NCBI GenBank assembly: GCA_051362555.1
Contig: CM120640.1
Coordinates: forward strand, 11,222,001 to 11,286,000
Direction of reading: 5' to 3'
DNA: 64,000 bases
Source: Lingula anatina
Taxonomy: Eukaryota > Animalia > Brachiopoda
This document shows positions 12,101-25,763 of this stretch, in pieces (positions within the stretch are counted from its first letter, which is position 1; every line of letters begins with the position of its first letter). The translations under genes and the position numbers were made by a program. The notes beneath the pieces were generated by a model. That model had not been told where the DNA came from. It did no database searches and saw nothing but the letters and a program-made list of their open reading frames with translations.

Positions 12101-15100
12101 TGTCACAATATTTATTGTATATTTATTACAAAAAATTTCTATGACATTACAAGATCTGATATTTTTTGTAAAATACAATACATTTTAGATGAAATAAAAA
12201 TGTGATGATGATTATGGTGTATTTCAGAGTGTGATGGCAGATAAGGATGAGGAGATAGCAGAGTATCAGGAGGAGCTAGCCAGGCTGAGAGAACAGCTGC
12301 AGGCAGCAAAGATGGACACTGAGAAAGCTTCTGTCTCAGTCCTGAGCAAGGTACATTATTCGTGTAGACTTAAATTTAAAGTAAAGAATTTGGTAGATTA
12401 ATTAATTTTATTATTTATTTTAATTATTTATGAGAGTGTTTTAGCGTGCGAGAAAAAAAATTAGTTCTTACTATGACATTGTTTTTAGGCTGTTGAGCAG
12501 AGAGACAGGCAAATTGAATTGCTTCAGCAGAAACTTGACCAGGCAGTGGCTGATATAGAGACAAATACAGCTGTCACCGAAGATTTGAAAGGAGAGTTAA
12601 AGAAAAGTAAGAAATTGTGTGTGATTATTTTAATAAGCATTTTGGATCCTTTTTTCCCATTTACTACACTTATGAAATTAAGTTGATACTTTTCAATTTC
12701 ATACTTGGTATTTAGCACAGTTAGAATTCATGAAGTAAAAACTTCTTCCTGACAACCTGACAAAGATCGGAAATTGTCTTTTGACAAAAGCTTACTGTAA
12801 CGCTATTTGAACTGCCTTTTTTGTCAGCTGGTGGTGGGCCCTCAGACAGACAAATGGCGAAGATAAAAGAGCTCCAGACAACACTTAGAATTCGAGAAGA
12901 TCATAACAAAGATGCCGAGATCAGAGCTGAGCAGGTACATGTGCCATGAATGAGATAAAGGAGATAGATATTGCTTACAGGCAGTCTTTTTAACATGAAA
13001 TCTTGTTCTGTTCATCATCTCATAATTTCTCATGCTTTCAGGCTGAGAAGGATGCCAGAGAAAAAGATCAGCAACTCAATGAGGCCCTTGAAAAGATGAA
13101 ACAATATGAAGAGGTTTGAGTATTATTGAAATGATTTTATATAAATTTTGTTCAGTTATGTCCAATTTGTGTTACTCATTTTTGTGGATTTTGTAAAATT
13201 GCGAAATTTGAAAAAGATACCTGTCCAATTGAAACTTTAAAATGTTTTTTAATGTTTTATTTTTCACTAATTTAAGGGCACATATGGTTTGAAAGAAGCA
13301 GTGGATGACATCAAAGATTTGAAGCACCAGCTGAATGTGAAGGACAGGTAAGCTGAGAATACCTGGAATTGACACTACACAGGATAAATCTGAGAACAAA
13401 ATGGTCAGATAAAACAATCTCATGCATTTTGCTTATATGTATCTGTTTATCATAAATCTGTCACAGCATAGTTAATTGTTCTGTTATCAATTAGTCAGAT
13501 TATTATTATTTGAGGGCATTGACAAGTAGCACTGATTTTGAATGGTGGCTTTAGTTACTTGTGATTCCAGAGAATAAATTGAGGAATGCCATTTTTTCAG
13601 GCAAATTATGGAGCTGACACAGCACATCAACAAGTGTGAGCTAAAGATAAATGATGTGTGTGATGAAAATGAAGCCGTGCGTAGGAAGGCAGGACTGGAA
13701 GCAAAAGACATTGATTTGTCAGAATTCAGAGAGGCCAGAAAATTGAGGCAGCAAGAAGACAGAGCAATGAATGTTGTTCTTCAAAAAGAGGTTCGTACTG
13801 CTAGCTAGAATTTTTCAGAATTACTCCAAAAGTACTCCCCAATTGGATATTATATATTATGTAAAACCAATGAATAGTGACTTTCATTTCGTGATTTTTA
13901 TAGATAAAAAATGGCAGAGAAAATTGTAAGATTAAGAGCTTTGAATCCATTATTATCATAAATGTACAATAACTGCTGTGTGATAACATAAAATGTTATT
14001 TTTAGGTGGAAAGTTTGGAGGAAGAAAGGATTGAATTGAAAAAGCAAGTGCGAAAGTTGGCACAGCAGACAGGGCAAAGGGCAGTGGCTCTGGGTTTGGA
14101 TGCTGATGACATGATGGCCATTGAGAACTATACTGAGGAATTGAAGCAGAGGCACAAAACAGGAGGGACTGCAGCATACATAAAACAAGAGGCTGAGACA
14201 GATGAACTCAAAATTAGGGTATGGAATGAATTAAAGTTGATATATCATTACTGGATAGTTAACTTATTAGTCATCTTTGTTTAATATGTTACAGTAATGT
14301 TTTTCAAAGAAGAAAGAGTTTAATGATTATATTGATGGATTTATTTGCCTTATAGGTCAATGAATTCTCGAAAACAGATGTAGCCAAATATGTTTTTCCT
14401 TGAAGATACAAAGCATAATATACAATGTTATCATTATATTCCAGAATGTCCAGCTAGCCCAGGAAACTGAGAGCAATGTCAAAGCTTTGGAAAAGGCTCG
14501 GCAGCAACTTGTAGAATATAGAACAAAATTAAATGCAGCAGAAGATGAAAATAAAAAACTGGAGCAAGGCATGAAAGAAATATTACAAGCACTGAAGGAG
14601 CAAAATGAAGATAAAGGTAGGTGGGCTTCGTTTATCAATTGTCAACAGCTTGCACTGTAAAAAACTGGCCCCATCTCAAATAAATGTAAAAATGAAATTT
14701 GTTCAGAGACTGGTCACTTTTTCTGTTTTGGGCGAGTACATAAAGTTTCTTAGACAATTGTGGCCTGAAGGTCCAGCAGGCTAAAAAGTTTTTCAGCACA
14801 GGCTGTTGATACAATTTATCTGATAAGATTTGAAAATGTATACTTGACTTATAAATGTGTACTTTCAATGAGAACTGTTATTTTCAGAATCAAGAGGTGA
14901 ACAACCCACTGTGATAGAATGTCCAACCCTGGATAGGATGCTTGCTGTAAGTGGGATGCTTTTACACAACTAGATTGTATAGTTTGTCTTCTCAGAGTTG
15001 TAGTTGCAGATTTGCCATTTGAAACAATGCATCATGCAAGGATCTTCTATGGATAATCTCGCTATAAGTGACATCTTTTAAGTTTTACATGTATTGCTAA

Positions 15101-18100
15101 TAACATGTCTTTCATGGATCAGTTCTTAAACATTATCTCTGGAATATTAGTGCTAGTAGTATACTATCTTTTTTTTTTCATTCCAGGCCTTGGAAGCTAA
15201 GCAGATGAAGGGTCAGTATGATACGTCCTTACATCTTAAAGCACAGGTGGACAATCTACAAGGGAGGAATGATGAACTCAGGAGAGAGCTGAGGGAAGCC
15301 CGGTTTGAAGCAAACAAGGCTAGATCTGAAGCTGAAAAGACCCTTGAAAGGGTAATTATAAGAATACCATTAAGAGTTAGCGGTTTGTGAGTTAGAATCT
15401 ATTTGTTAAATTAAGCCTATGGGCTTACACATGTAGCCCTCAGAAGTATCATTATAAAACTTGTATCAGAGGTTACAATCATCTTCATAGTCATCACAAT
15501 ACAAGGATGGATGCAGCACATATTTTTTGGCAACTAACGAAGATAGACAAGGAGGGACAGTCCTACTTTATAAATAAATAAAAAAAATGGATCCTGTCTA
15601 TGAAAGCACTCACCATAGCATTAGTATTGGTCACTTGGAAAGTGCTTAAGTCTACAGTGCACGCCGACTGTAGACTTTAAAGTACTATATTATTATTGTT
15701 TTAATTGTATGATTAGGTAACCAAGCTCCAAAATGATATCAAAGTCCTCCAAGAGGCAGGTGCAGGTGCTGGAATGCTGCAGACCCTGGCACTACCTGAA
15801 GGCATGGCCCCCACCAGTGCTGATGTCATAGCCAGTCTTAATGAACACCTGGTACAGACAATACAGGTAAAACATCAGCTCAGCCAGCCCAACTTAGTAG
15901 ATTGACAGATTTACAGATGCAGTAGACACCACATAGCTCATCATCTTGTGACTTTACTTGTTGGTTGATCATCAACAAATTTTGTGGAAGGGATTTTTTT
16001 CCTTTGGTTCAAGGTGAAAGTTTGATATTCTGGTAACTTGAACAGACTTTATCTGTCCTACAGTGTCCGAATTATGTGGAGTCTGCTGTACTTTATTTTA
16101 TGTCTTTTGATAACTGAAGTATGATGTATAAGAGATATTTCAGATATATGAAATATCAAGAACAAATACCAACTCTTCTTAAGAGGTGATATGGCGTCAT
16201 CTATAGTATTGATTTTGTCTGTGTGCTAATCCTGTCTGGAATCATTAAATAATAATGTGGTTTTGTTTTAATTTTTCTTGCCTTCTTGTTTATTCCAGGA
16301 ACTCTCACTAAAAGAAGAAATGATCAATAAAATGGAAGCCTCATTGGAGACTTTTAAGAGAAAATTTGCAGTGATGCGTCATCAGCAAGGTCTAGTCTAC
16401 CAAGAATACATACAGGAAAAGAAGGTAAGAAGAACACTGTCATTATATGTCTAAAATTCCACTTCTTTTACTTGTCTTTATGAAAGAAAAAACTATGCAG
16501 ATAATAATTATGATACTGAAGAATCTCACAAAAATGTCATGATCATTTTTTCATTATTTTTTCAGACCTGGGAAGAAGATAAACAAAAATTGGAGAATGA
16601 TTTAAAGAATTCAGAAGGAATTCACAGTGAAGATAAAGTTCGCTTACAGGAATTTGATGTGAGTATGTGCAGGAAGATATGCATATTTGTCTTTTGGTGT
16701 GCAGTTAAGGGTTTACAAACAAATTTTTGAAAGATGCACCAGATGTTAGTGTAGCTGCAGTATTATTGAATTCTCATTTAAAATAAGTTTTATATTTACA
16801 GAAGTTTGTTAATGCTTTAAATTTAGGTTTTTGCTCATTGAAGATATGAAGATATTTTTCACTTTTTGTATGCCAAATGTGAATTTTATCATTATGTTAA
16901 TTATTATTATTGTTGATTTATTTTTTCTTCACAATAGCGTTTATTAGACACCTTGTCTAAAGATGATATTGAAGTGCGCCGGCGTCTGGCAGATATGACC
17001 AGAAAGATCACAGTACTACGGGTGAATGAGAAAGCATTGACCAGGAGGTATAACAGCATGCAGGAAGTTGAAGGATATCTTAGAAAGGTAAGTGTAGGAA
17101 TGATCTTTATATTAAATATTAAATGATAAATGGAAATACAGACCTCTAACACGGCTTGAATATACCGTTTTGTTTAATTAGTATACTGTATTTGATTGTC
17201 AAACTATTTGATGCAGTTTTTATCCAAGTCCACCTGTTTTTGTAGGAAGGCAACAAATTGAAGAATGAGATGGTTGCTATGGAAACTGCTGTAACGGAAA
17301 GACTTGGGTATCTACAGAGATATAAGGTATAGTACAGTTGGTCATGATGAAAAAGCACAGGTGGTAATTTTCTTTTCTTAGTTTTTATCTTTTCTTATTT
17401 CTGATTGGCGTGTGGCATTGTAAGCGCACTAAAATTCACATAAAAGGAAGGAAGACTGCATTACAATTTATTATTAATGTTAAATGACCTTACCTATTTC
17501 AGGACATGGCTGCCTTTAAGATTGCTTCTCTTCAAAAAGCTCTTGAGGACTCTGTGCCAATGTCAGAGCTGGAGTTGGCCAATAAACAGTACAATGACCT
17601 CACAGAAAAATACAGAGACTTACTGGAGAAGGGAAATACACTTGTGGCCCAGTCAGAGTCAACAGCAGGGCTAGAGGTGGGTTCAGTCTCTGCATAACTT
17701 GAACACTTATGGACCAGAAATTTGTGAGTTATGCAAAGATTGAAGTAATGTTCATGATATCAAAGGGAAACTTGCTCAAGATAAATGATAATTTGAGTTA
17801 TGGGCAAACTCTTGTACTACAGTCACAATGATAGAAATAGTCTTCTGAAACTAAAGAAGTGATTGAATAAAAACAACTACTCGATAACATAAATTTTTGT
17901 CCACATATAAATTTAAAATTCTGATGCCAGTTGGATGTTTGAACTAAAAATGAATTATTAATTTGCAGTTGGAAATCAAAAGATTACAACATGAAAATGA
18001 TGGGCTGAAAAAGGAAATGGAAATTGAAAAAGAAAAGTTGCATACTTTGGAGGGAGCTATGGATGAAATGAGAAAACAAGGTGAAATTTTCAGTTATATA

Positions 18101-21100
18101 TATTTTTAAAAGATATATGAAATAAATAAAACGCTTTTCTCTTTTGGGCCATCAGATAAGACTTGTTTGCTAATTTACAAATGTCATGCTCTCTAGTGAA
18201 ATGTTCAGTGTGGGATAGATATTTAGTACTTTTTGTGTTTCTAGGTATCCCTGGTACTGGAGCCATAAGTGATGCTGGAATTGTTTCCCTGTCTAAGAAA
18301 ATCACCACCCTGGAGATGAAGGAGCTAAATGAGCGTCAGAGGGCTGAGCATGCTGTCAGGATGTACGAGCAGCAGAAGGGAGCTCTCAGGGGGATGGAAG
18401 AAAGAAATGCAGATTTGGAGCAAAAATTTGCTGAGGTATACAATTTACCTAAATTGAATAATATTTATCATGGGTGAGAATAGCATGTTTTACTTTTTTT
18501 ACAACCACTACACTATTTTCAAGAGACAATTAACTTTACTTTAAAATGTGACTGCTCTGTTAATTTTGCATACTGTCAGATTTTGTCCTTTGCATCTGGC
18601 TTCGATTAGGAGTATTGTCTTTTTCAGCTGACCAAAATGAATATTGAGGCACAAAGAGTGGAAAGAGAACTGAGAGATGAATTGGCCAGTAAGTACATTT
18701 ACTTTTTTGTCACTTTTATGAAGTTTCTTCTCTGGCAATTTTACAACTGTAACTGACCTGTCCTAAAGCAAAATCTATTCACAGTGTAAAAACTGGCTTG
18801 TTTGTCTTTCAACCGAATTTTTTCCTTTTATAATGTTTAGACTGTGTGACAAGAGCTGTGAGTGAGGCTGACAGAAAAAAGGTTGCAGAACTGTCTCAGT
18901 CTGAAGCTTTCTTGAAAAATGAGGTATCAAGACTAAAGGTAAAAATGCTAAGTAACACACCCATCACAGTGTGACATTCTCTTCAGCTAAAAAATGATCA
19001 TATTATGTGTTCATTATATATGTCTGTCTTTCTGTCTGTCTGAAGGCAGTTTCTCTTTATTAGAGTCTCAAGAATACAGGTGATAACTATACTGTGCATC
19101 ATTGAGACTAATATGGGTTGAAATTAATATAATTACCTTTATTAGTTGTTTGTGCATGTGTGTGTGTCTATATGTAAAGAGGTGGATCCAGAGATATTTT
19201 TTTAGTCTTCTAAATTATCTATGTATTTATCCATCTATTTTAACTGTCTTCTGACAGAAAAAATTAGATACACATCAATGTAAACTTCAAAAATTCTGAC
19301 CATTTTCCAGAAGACCCAGAAGACAGCATCCATCTGCCTTTGATATATATGTTTATATTTCTTGATTTGTCTCAATTATCTCCTGTAGGAAATAGCTGAG
19401 GTAGGCACAATGCAGGCACAGGCATATGAGGCACAACAGGTATCCAGGGAAAAAGAACTCCTCTCCTTAAGGCAGCAGCTGGCAGATATACAAGCTCAGA
19501 GTGATGAGAAAACTATTATAGGTATTTTGTTTTCAACCATAGAATTAAAGAAAAAATGGAAATGAAAACTTAAGTTTAGTCTTAAATTTAATCTTAATTA
19601 AACCAAAGTAGGATGTTACTTTTAATTAGTAAAATAAACAGTAAATTTACTGAAATTCATAGTTCATATCTGTGTAACCATTCCATCATCTAGGAAAACT
19701 TCACAGACATATAGTTCAGTTGCAAGTCAGTGAAGGCACAGCAGTTAGGAAGCTCCTACAGGCAGAGAAGAAGATAAAAAAGTTGGATGCTCAGTTGTTA
19801 AGATTGCAGCAGAGACTGGACGAGAGGGATCAGACCCTGTACCATAGCCGACAGGAGGCCAATAATAAATCCAAGCATCTCAAGAGGACAATACAGGTAT
19901 TTTGTCTCAAGAATTTCTCACACTTTTGTTTGTTACTTTATTCATACATTATTTAGTTGGAATGATTGATCATATGCCCAACTAGACAATTGAACCTACC
20001 TGTTCATCAGTCCTACAGAGCTTATTAAGGTGCAGAGGTTGAAATTATATATATGCTTTTGGTTCTATATTTTTAGGAATTGAGGCGACAGTTCAGTGGA
20101 GCTGTTCCTCTATCCCGTCAAGAAAAGTTTGCTAAAGCTATGGTGCAGTTACATGAAGATAAATCTGAGATAGAATGCAGACTTAGAGAGGTGAGTGCTA
20201 TAGTTGAGTAAAAAGGTAGTGAAATATACCTTTTTGGTAACAGGTATGATCATATTTTATTTCTATTTAAAAGTGAAAGTAATTCATCTAAGTTAAGTAG
20301 TTGAATTGAATTACTAGCAATATGCTTGTTATCTCTGCAGTTTTCATCGTTGCTTTGCAGACAAAATATGCCAAAGGTTCGTCACAAATTAAAATAAAAT
20401 TTACAGAATAGACAATAAAAATTATACCACTAGACAGTTATCCAGGGAGGAAAGCAATTTCAATTGAACTCTGGTCTCCTTATTTATGGTCTCCTAATTT
20501 ATTATTTACATTTTGCTTTTGCAGAGGTCTGCACTCTTTAGTTTGTAAAACAAACCATTACCAAATTACAGCCAAAATACTATACTCATGTCACATTAGG
20601 AAGTAAAAAAAATATGTTTAATAATTATTGCACCTTTGTATTCTTTAGGTAAATGAGCAGAGGCAGGATGTTGAAGACAAGCTGGCAGAATTAGAACTAC
20701 AACACAAAGGCCTCCAGGAACTCATGGCTTCTATTAAGGATGGGAAAGGTGCACAGAAAGTGGTGGAGTGGCACAGCAAGATGGAGTCACTGAGATTAGA
20801 GGATCTAAAACAGAAGAGAATGATCACTAAAATGCAGGAACAAGTAAGTGGGAATGAAAAAGAGGTTATATTTTTCAGCCAGTCATAAAAAATCTTGCAG
20901 ATCTAGAACATAAAGAGATGTGTTATTCTCTTTTCCAAAAAAGCAATTGAAATATGATATATTAGTATTAAAGGTTATATTAGTGGTAAAATGACATGAA
21001 ATTCAGTTCTATAATATATTTCTGCTTAAAAAAAATTGCCATTTCTGAGAAGGGTATTTATTATATTTTCAGGCAAGATATTTTGAGAATCTCAACAAAA

Positions 21101-24100
21101 ACCAAGAGAAGACAATAGCAGAGCTTGAGGAGGAGAATGTAAAGACATCTAAGGTGACATTTGCAATTTGCATGTAGTGATGACATTTCACAAAAATAAA
21201 AGTTGTGAAATAAAGACTGAAATCTCTTTTTGTACTGAAATTTGAAATGCAATTAATTAATTGCACTGATGGCATGTAATTATAAGTTAATGTGAAATTC
21301 TATATTTTTCCACAGTATTATGATGACAGGCAACTTTTATGGGAACAACGTGAGGTAGAACTTGAGCGCATTATTGCCAGCATGGAGAAACAGCAAGCAG
21401 AGATTGCAGGGGCAGCATCCAAGGTCGGTGAATTTTATCATCCTCACCCCTGTCTGTTACAATCATTATTTATAAAATATTACACATACAAGATTATTTT
21501 CCAAATTTATTGCCCATGCCTTTGAGGTTTGTTATATATATTAACATGTTCTTATGGTAATGAATTTTTTTTTTTTTTTGAATATTCTTAAATTCATTAT
21601 GTTACAGTTTGAAGAAGCAACAGGTGCCCTTCCAGATCCTTCTCTCCCAGTAGCTAACCAGTTGGAACAAGCCATCACAACCATTAAACAGAATGTGAAA
21701 ACTATTCTGGAAACACAGGTGCAACACAAACAGCTCAAGCAGGTAGGTTTAATTAATATTTACTCATTTAAAATGAAATGTTTGTGTTATGCAGTGTTTC
21801 AACTATACAATTTTACTGGTATCCAAGATTGCTAGTGCTTAATCAAATATATAACCATTGCAGAAAGTACTTGAGCTTGAACATGCATTGAGAGAAGCAG
21901 AATCCAATGTGATCAGCAGAGATAAGGTGATAGCTGAGCTGAGGGTCCGCCTGCCTGCCACAGCTGGTAGAGATGAGATGATCCTTCATGCTACAGCCAA
22001 AGCCACAGAGGCAGCACTAGCAGAGGACTATGAAACAAAACAAGCTCTCAAAGTAGCTCAGTCTACCATAGGCAGTCTACAGGTATGATGATGATGATTG
22101 TTATTTCAAAATTAGCATAATCCTGTTTATATTTTTGTAAAATCTTATCAATACATTCAAATTAAGAGTGATAGGAGTTTTACGTTTAATGCTTTCAACA
22201 TGTAAATGTGCATGAAGTACATTCTTCCTGTAGTTTTAAAGCAAAGTTTCTTTGTTTTGTGTTTGATAAAAACTTTACCATCACAGCCCGTTGTTTGTTG
22301 TAGCACTTTTTAAAAAACCTAAACAGCACTGTGAGTAGCTCAGTGACCTATCATAAAGATATAAATTTTGTTCTCCATTTGTTGATAGGCAAGGATAGCC
22401 CAGAAAGATGAGACAATACAAAAGTACCAAGACTTGTTGAGACAGGTTCGAGAGGACATGCAGGATATGGGGAAGAAACATGAGCAGGAGATGAAACTGT
22501 TGCAGGATAAGCTGCACTCCAAGAATGATGATGCTTTCAGCAAGTTTAAACAGACAGCTATGCAGTTGATTAACAAACCCCAGGATACACTTCCAACCAG
22601 TAAACAGGTACAAAGAATGAATGAAATTGTTTGTGGTGTAATATCATATTTTGACTCCTGGTTTGATGTTAAGATATGGATATAGAAATGAAATTATATC
22701 TCGGTCTAAACATAGAATTATGTGTGATTTAATCCATATGAAACAAAAGAACAAATAAGTAAGAATGTTTCCTTTACTAAAATGATATGTTATTGTTTTT
22801 GTATTAAACAAGAACAAATTTTATTAAATTAGAAAAATAATGAACAAAAACATATTTCCAACAGCTGGCTCGTTTGAATGAGCTGGAAGACACAGTGGCT
22901 GAGCAAGACAATGCAATGGCAGCCATGACAGAGAAACTGAAGGCAGCAAGAGAACAGATAGAAAGATGGAAACTGAAACTTGAGGACAGTGTGAAAACTA
23001 TGACCCAAGAGAAGGAAAGGTGGGTCATTATTTTTATCACAATTTTGTTGCTGTAGCATAGATGATACAAGAAGTTAAACTTAATTCAGAATAAGCACCA
23101 GCTAGTACCTGTATTTTTACTACTGATGATTTATTAGTGTTAAAAAGAACAAGATTAATATTGATATTGTGTGAGCCAAAATGCTTGTTCTTTGTTTGAT
23201 TTTGGGAAACTAGGCAATCACCCAACCAATTAAACAAACAGATAAGTTATCAAGAAACTGTAATTGATAAAAAAGGGTTTTGAATGTACATGTCATGATG
23301 CTAGGAACTGTAATAAAGACTTAAATATATCTATACCAGGATGTTGGATGAGCACCAGTCCATGGTGGCCCAGTTGAAGGAGCAGTTAGAGAGGTATGTG
23401 GAGAGAGTGGCAGAGCAGGAGAAGGAGATGGAGGTGCTGCAGCAGGAGCTGATTACCCAGAAAGATGCCAATGCCAGGGCACCAACCACAGCCATGAAGA
23501 ACCTGGTGGAGAGGCTGAAAAATCAGCTGGCAGCTAAAGAGAAACAGCAACAGGTAATCTTCATTTGCAAATGATTTACTTACATTATATTATTTATTGC
23601 AATGTCATTAGAATGTTGTTTGTTTGGTTTGTTTAATCTGTGATTGTTTACTTTACTTTATGCAATAGTGAACAATAAGCACATGAAATAAAGTCAGTTA
23701 GTCAGTGTTAGCATTGTAAAGTCAGAATGTTTTTTTTTTTTTTTTTTTTTGCATAAATCATATTTGCAACATTTTCCATTTTGTATTAGAGTTAGAACAG
23801 TATAAGAAAGCTATAAAATATGACTAAAAATAAAAGGACAGAAGATGGCTTCAGCTTAATATGTTGATGCAGCACAGTTTTTTTTTTTTTTTTTCAAAGG
23901 ATAAACAGAGAAACTTCGCTAGATCTCCAGTAAATGGTTTCTCAGTATACACATATGAATTCTGTGTTAAAGCATGTCATGTTCTGTATCCAGGCATTGA
24001 GTAAAGCCCTGACTGAGCTCCGTGCAGATATGGTAAGCCAGGCCCAGGAACAAGTGAAGAGTCATGCTGAAGAAGCTGCTGTGGAAATCAATGTCCAGAG

Positions 24101-25670
24101 GGTGGTGGAGAAAAATACCAAAGAACTCAAGGTAGCCAGGAGTGTAATTTGGATAATTTCTTTTAGTTTTTGATTTTATTCTGATGAAATCACATCTCTG
24201 GTGGTACTTATATTGAACTTAAACAATTAGAAATGAAGAAACAACAATTTTGTGGACCCTAAATTATTATTTTTTTCCAGGACCAAATTGAGGATTTAGA
24301 ATCTCAACTTCAGAGAGCAAAAAGGGAGTTGAAAAAACGGAGAGAAAAAGAAACTGCACTAAATACTGAAATAGAAGAACTAAAAGAAGATCTGAGTAAG
24401 TACTAAATTACCTGGCTCTTTTTTTTTTTATAAGTTCTCCCAACTTTTTGGAAATCTTTGAAGAAGGAGTGATATGTTTTTTTTTATTGTGATAGTAATC
24501 ACTACAGTCTTCACTGCTATGCATCTGTTGGTTTTTATGTCACATATTGATTGACATTTGGGATCAATAGTTCTGACCTTTGTGCCTGGCTTTGTTTGGG
24601 TTAATAATCAATAACTTATTGGAATTCCCCAGTGCTAATACACAGTGTATTCCAGTTAAAAAGGAGGTGTACAATGTGTCAAGTCTGTGAAGTGGAGGTG
24701 AAGTAGTTGTACTTACTAAAGAGTGTGTGTAGGTTTATTAAAGAGTGTGTGTAGGTTTATTAAAGAGTGTGTGTAGGTTTATTAATTGAAGACTGCTGTA
24801 TAAGCAACTATAAATCTTAGTAGTCACATTTTTGTGATAATACATATGCAGTTTGGCTTAAACAGGTAGCCATTACATTCATTAGAATTTCAATGCATTT
24901 GTATTCTTTTGCAGCAAAAAGGGAATCTCAGGTTACAAAGTTAAAAGAAACCAAATTGAAATTAGAGCATGATGTAGAGGAATTAGAAAAGCGAGCAGAG
25001 AGGCTCAGTGCTTCAAAATCACAGGTAAGAAGGAAGTCTCAGAAGTAGCATGCTATTAATATTTTTATCAAAAAATGGACAACTGTTCTCTTAGTAAACC
25101 CCTCTTTCATTTTAGACTATTATTTTTCCTCTAAGTACTTTATTTTAATTTTGTACTGGCACTTGCTCCAGTTAATGCAAACAGTCCCAAACTAAAGCAA
25201 ATTGTTGATTCATTGCAGAAGACTGTTGAACCAGATGGGAGACAACTCGAACTGGAGGAGTTACGCAGAAAGATCCGCCTTTTGGAGGATGAGTTGAAGA
25301 GAAAACAGCAGGCAGAGAAACCATATGAAGTCAAAGCTGAGCTGGAGCCTCGGGTTATGAAGGTATTGATTATATTATAATAGATATGAAAATTATAGTT
25401 AGGCTACTTAATGTTTAAAATAAACTAATAGGTGAATATCACTGTATAACAATATCAATTTGTTAAGGCCCTTTCATACAATTGAGATTCTGAAATATTT
25501 GTGTATAATTCAGAGTGATGATACAGTAGCCCGTTGGGAGGAGAGTAAGAAATGGCAGAAGACAGTGGACCGGCTGAAGGCCAGGCTGAAGGAGAAAGAA
25601 GAGGAGGTGGACAGAGTGCAGAGACATGCTGACCTCACCAAAAATGCATTGGACAGGTGCAGTACATTTA

Positions 25671-25763
<93 letters not shown>

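Noticed and set aside
14653-14800. CACTGTAAAAAA start resembling a CACTA/EnSpm-type terminus
   Set aside because: No convincing matching right TIR or TSD.
25460-25762. ORF with a poly-(IY) tail
   Set aside because: CEP290 exon read through into the (AT)n microsatellite.
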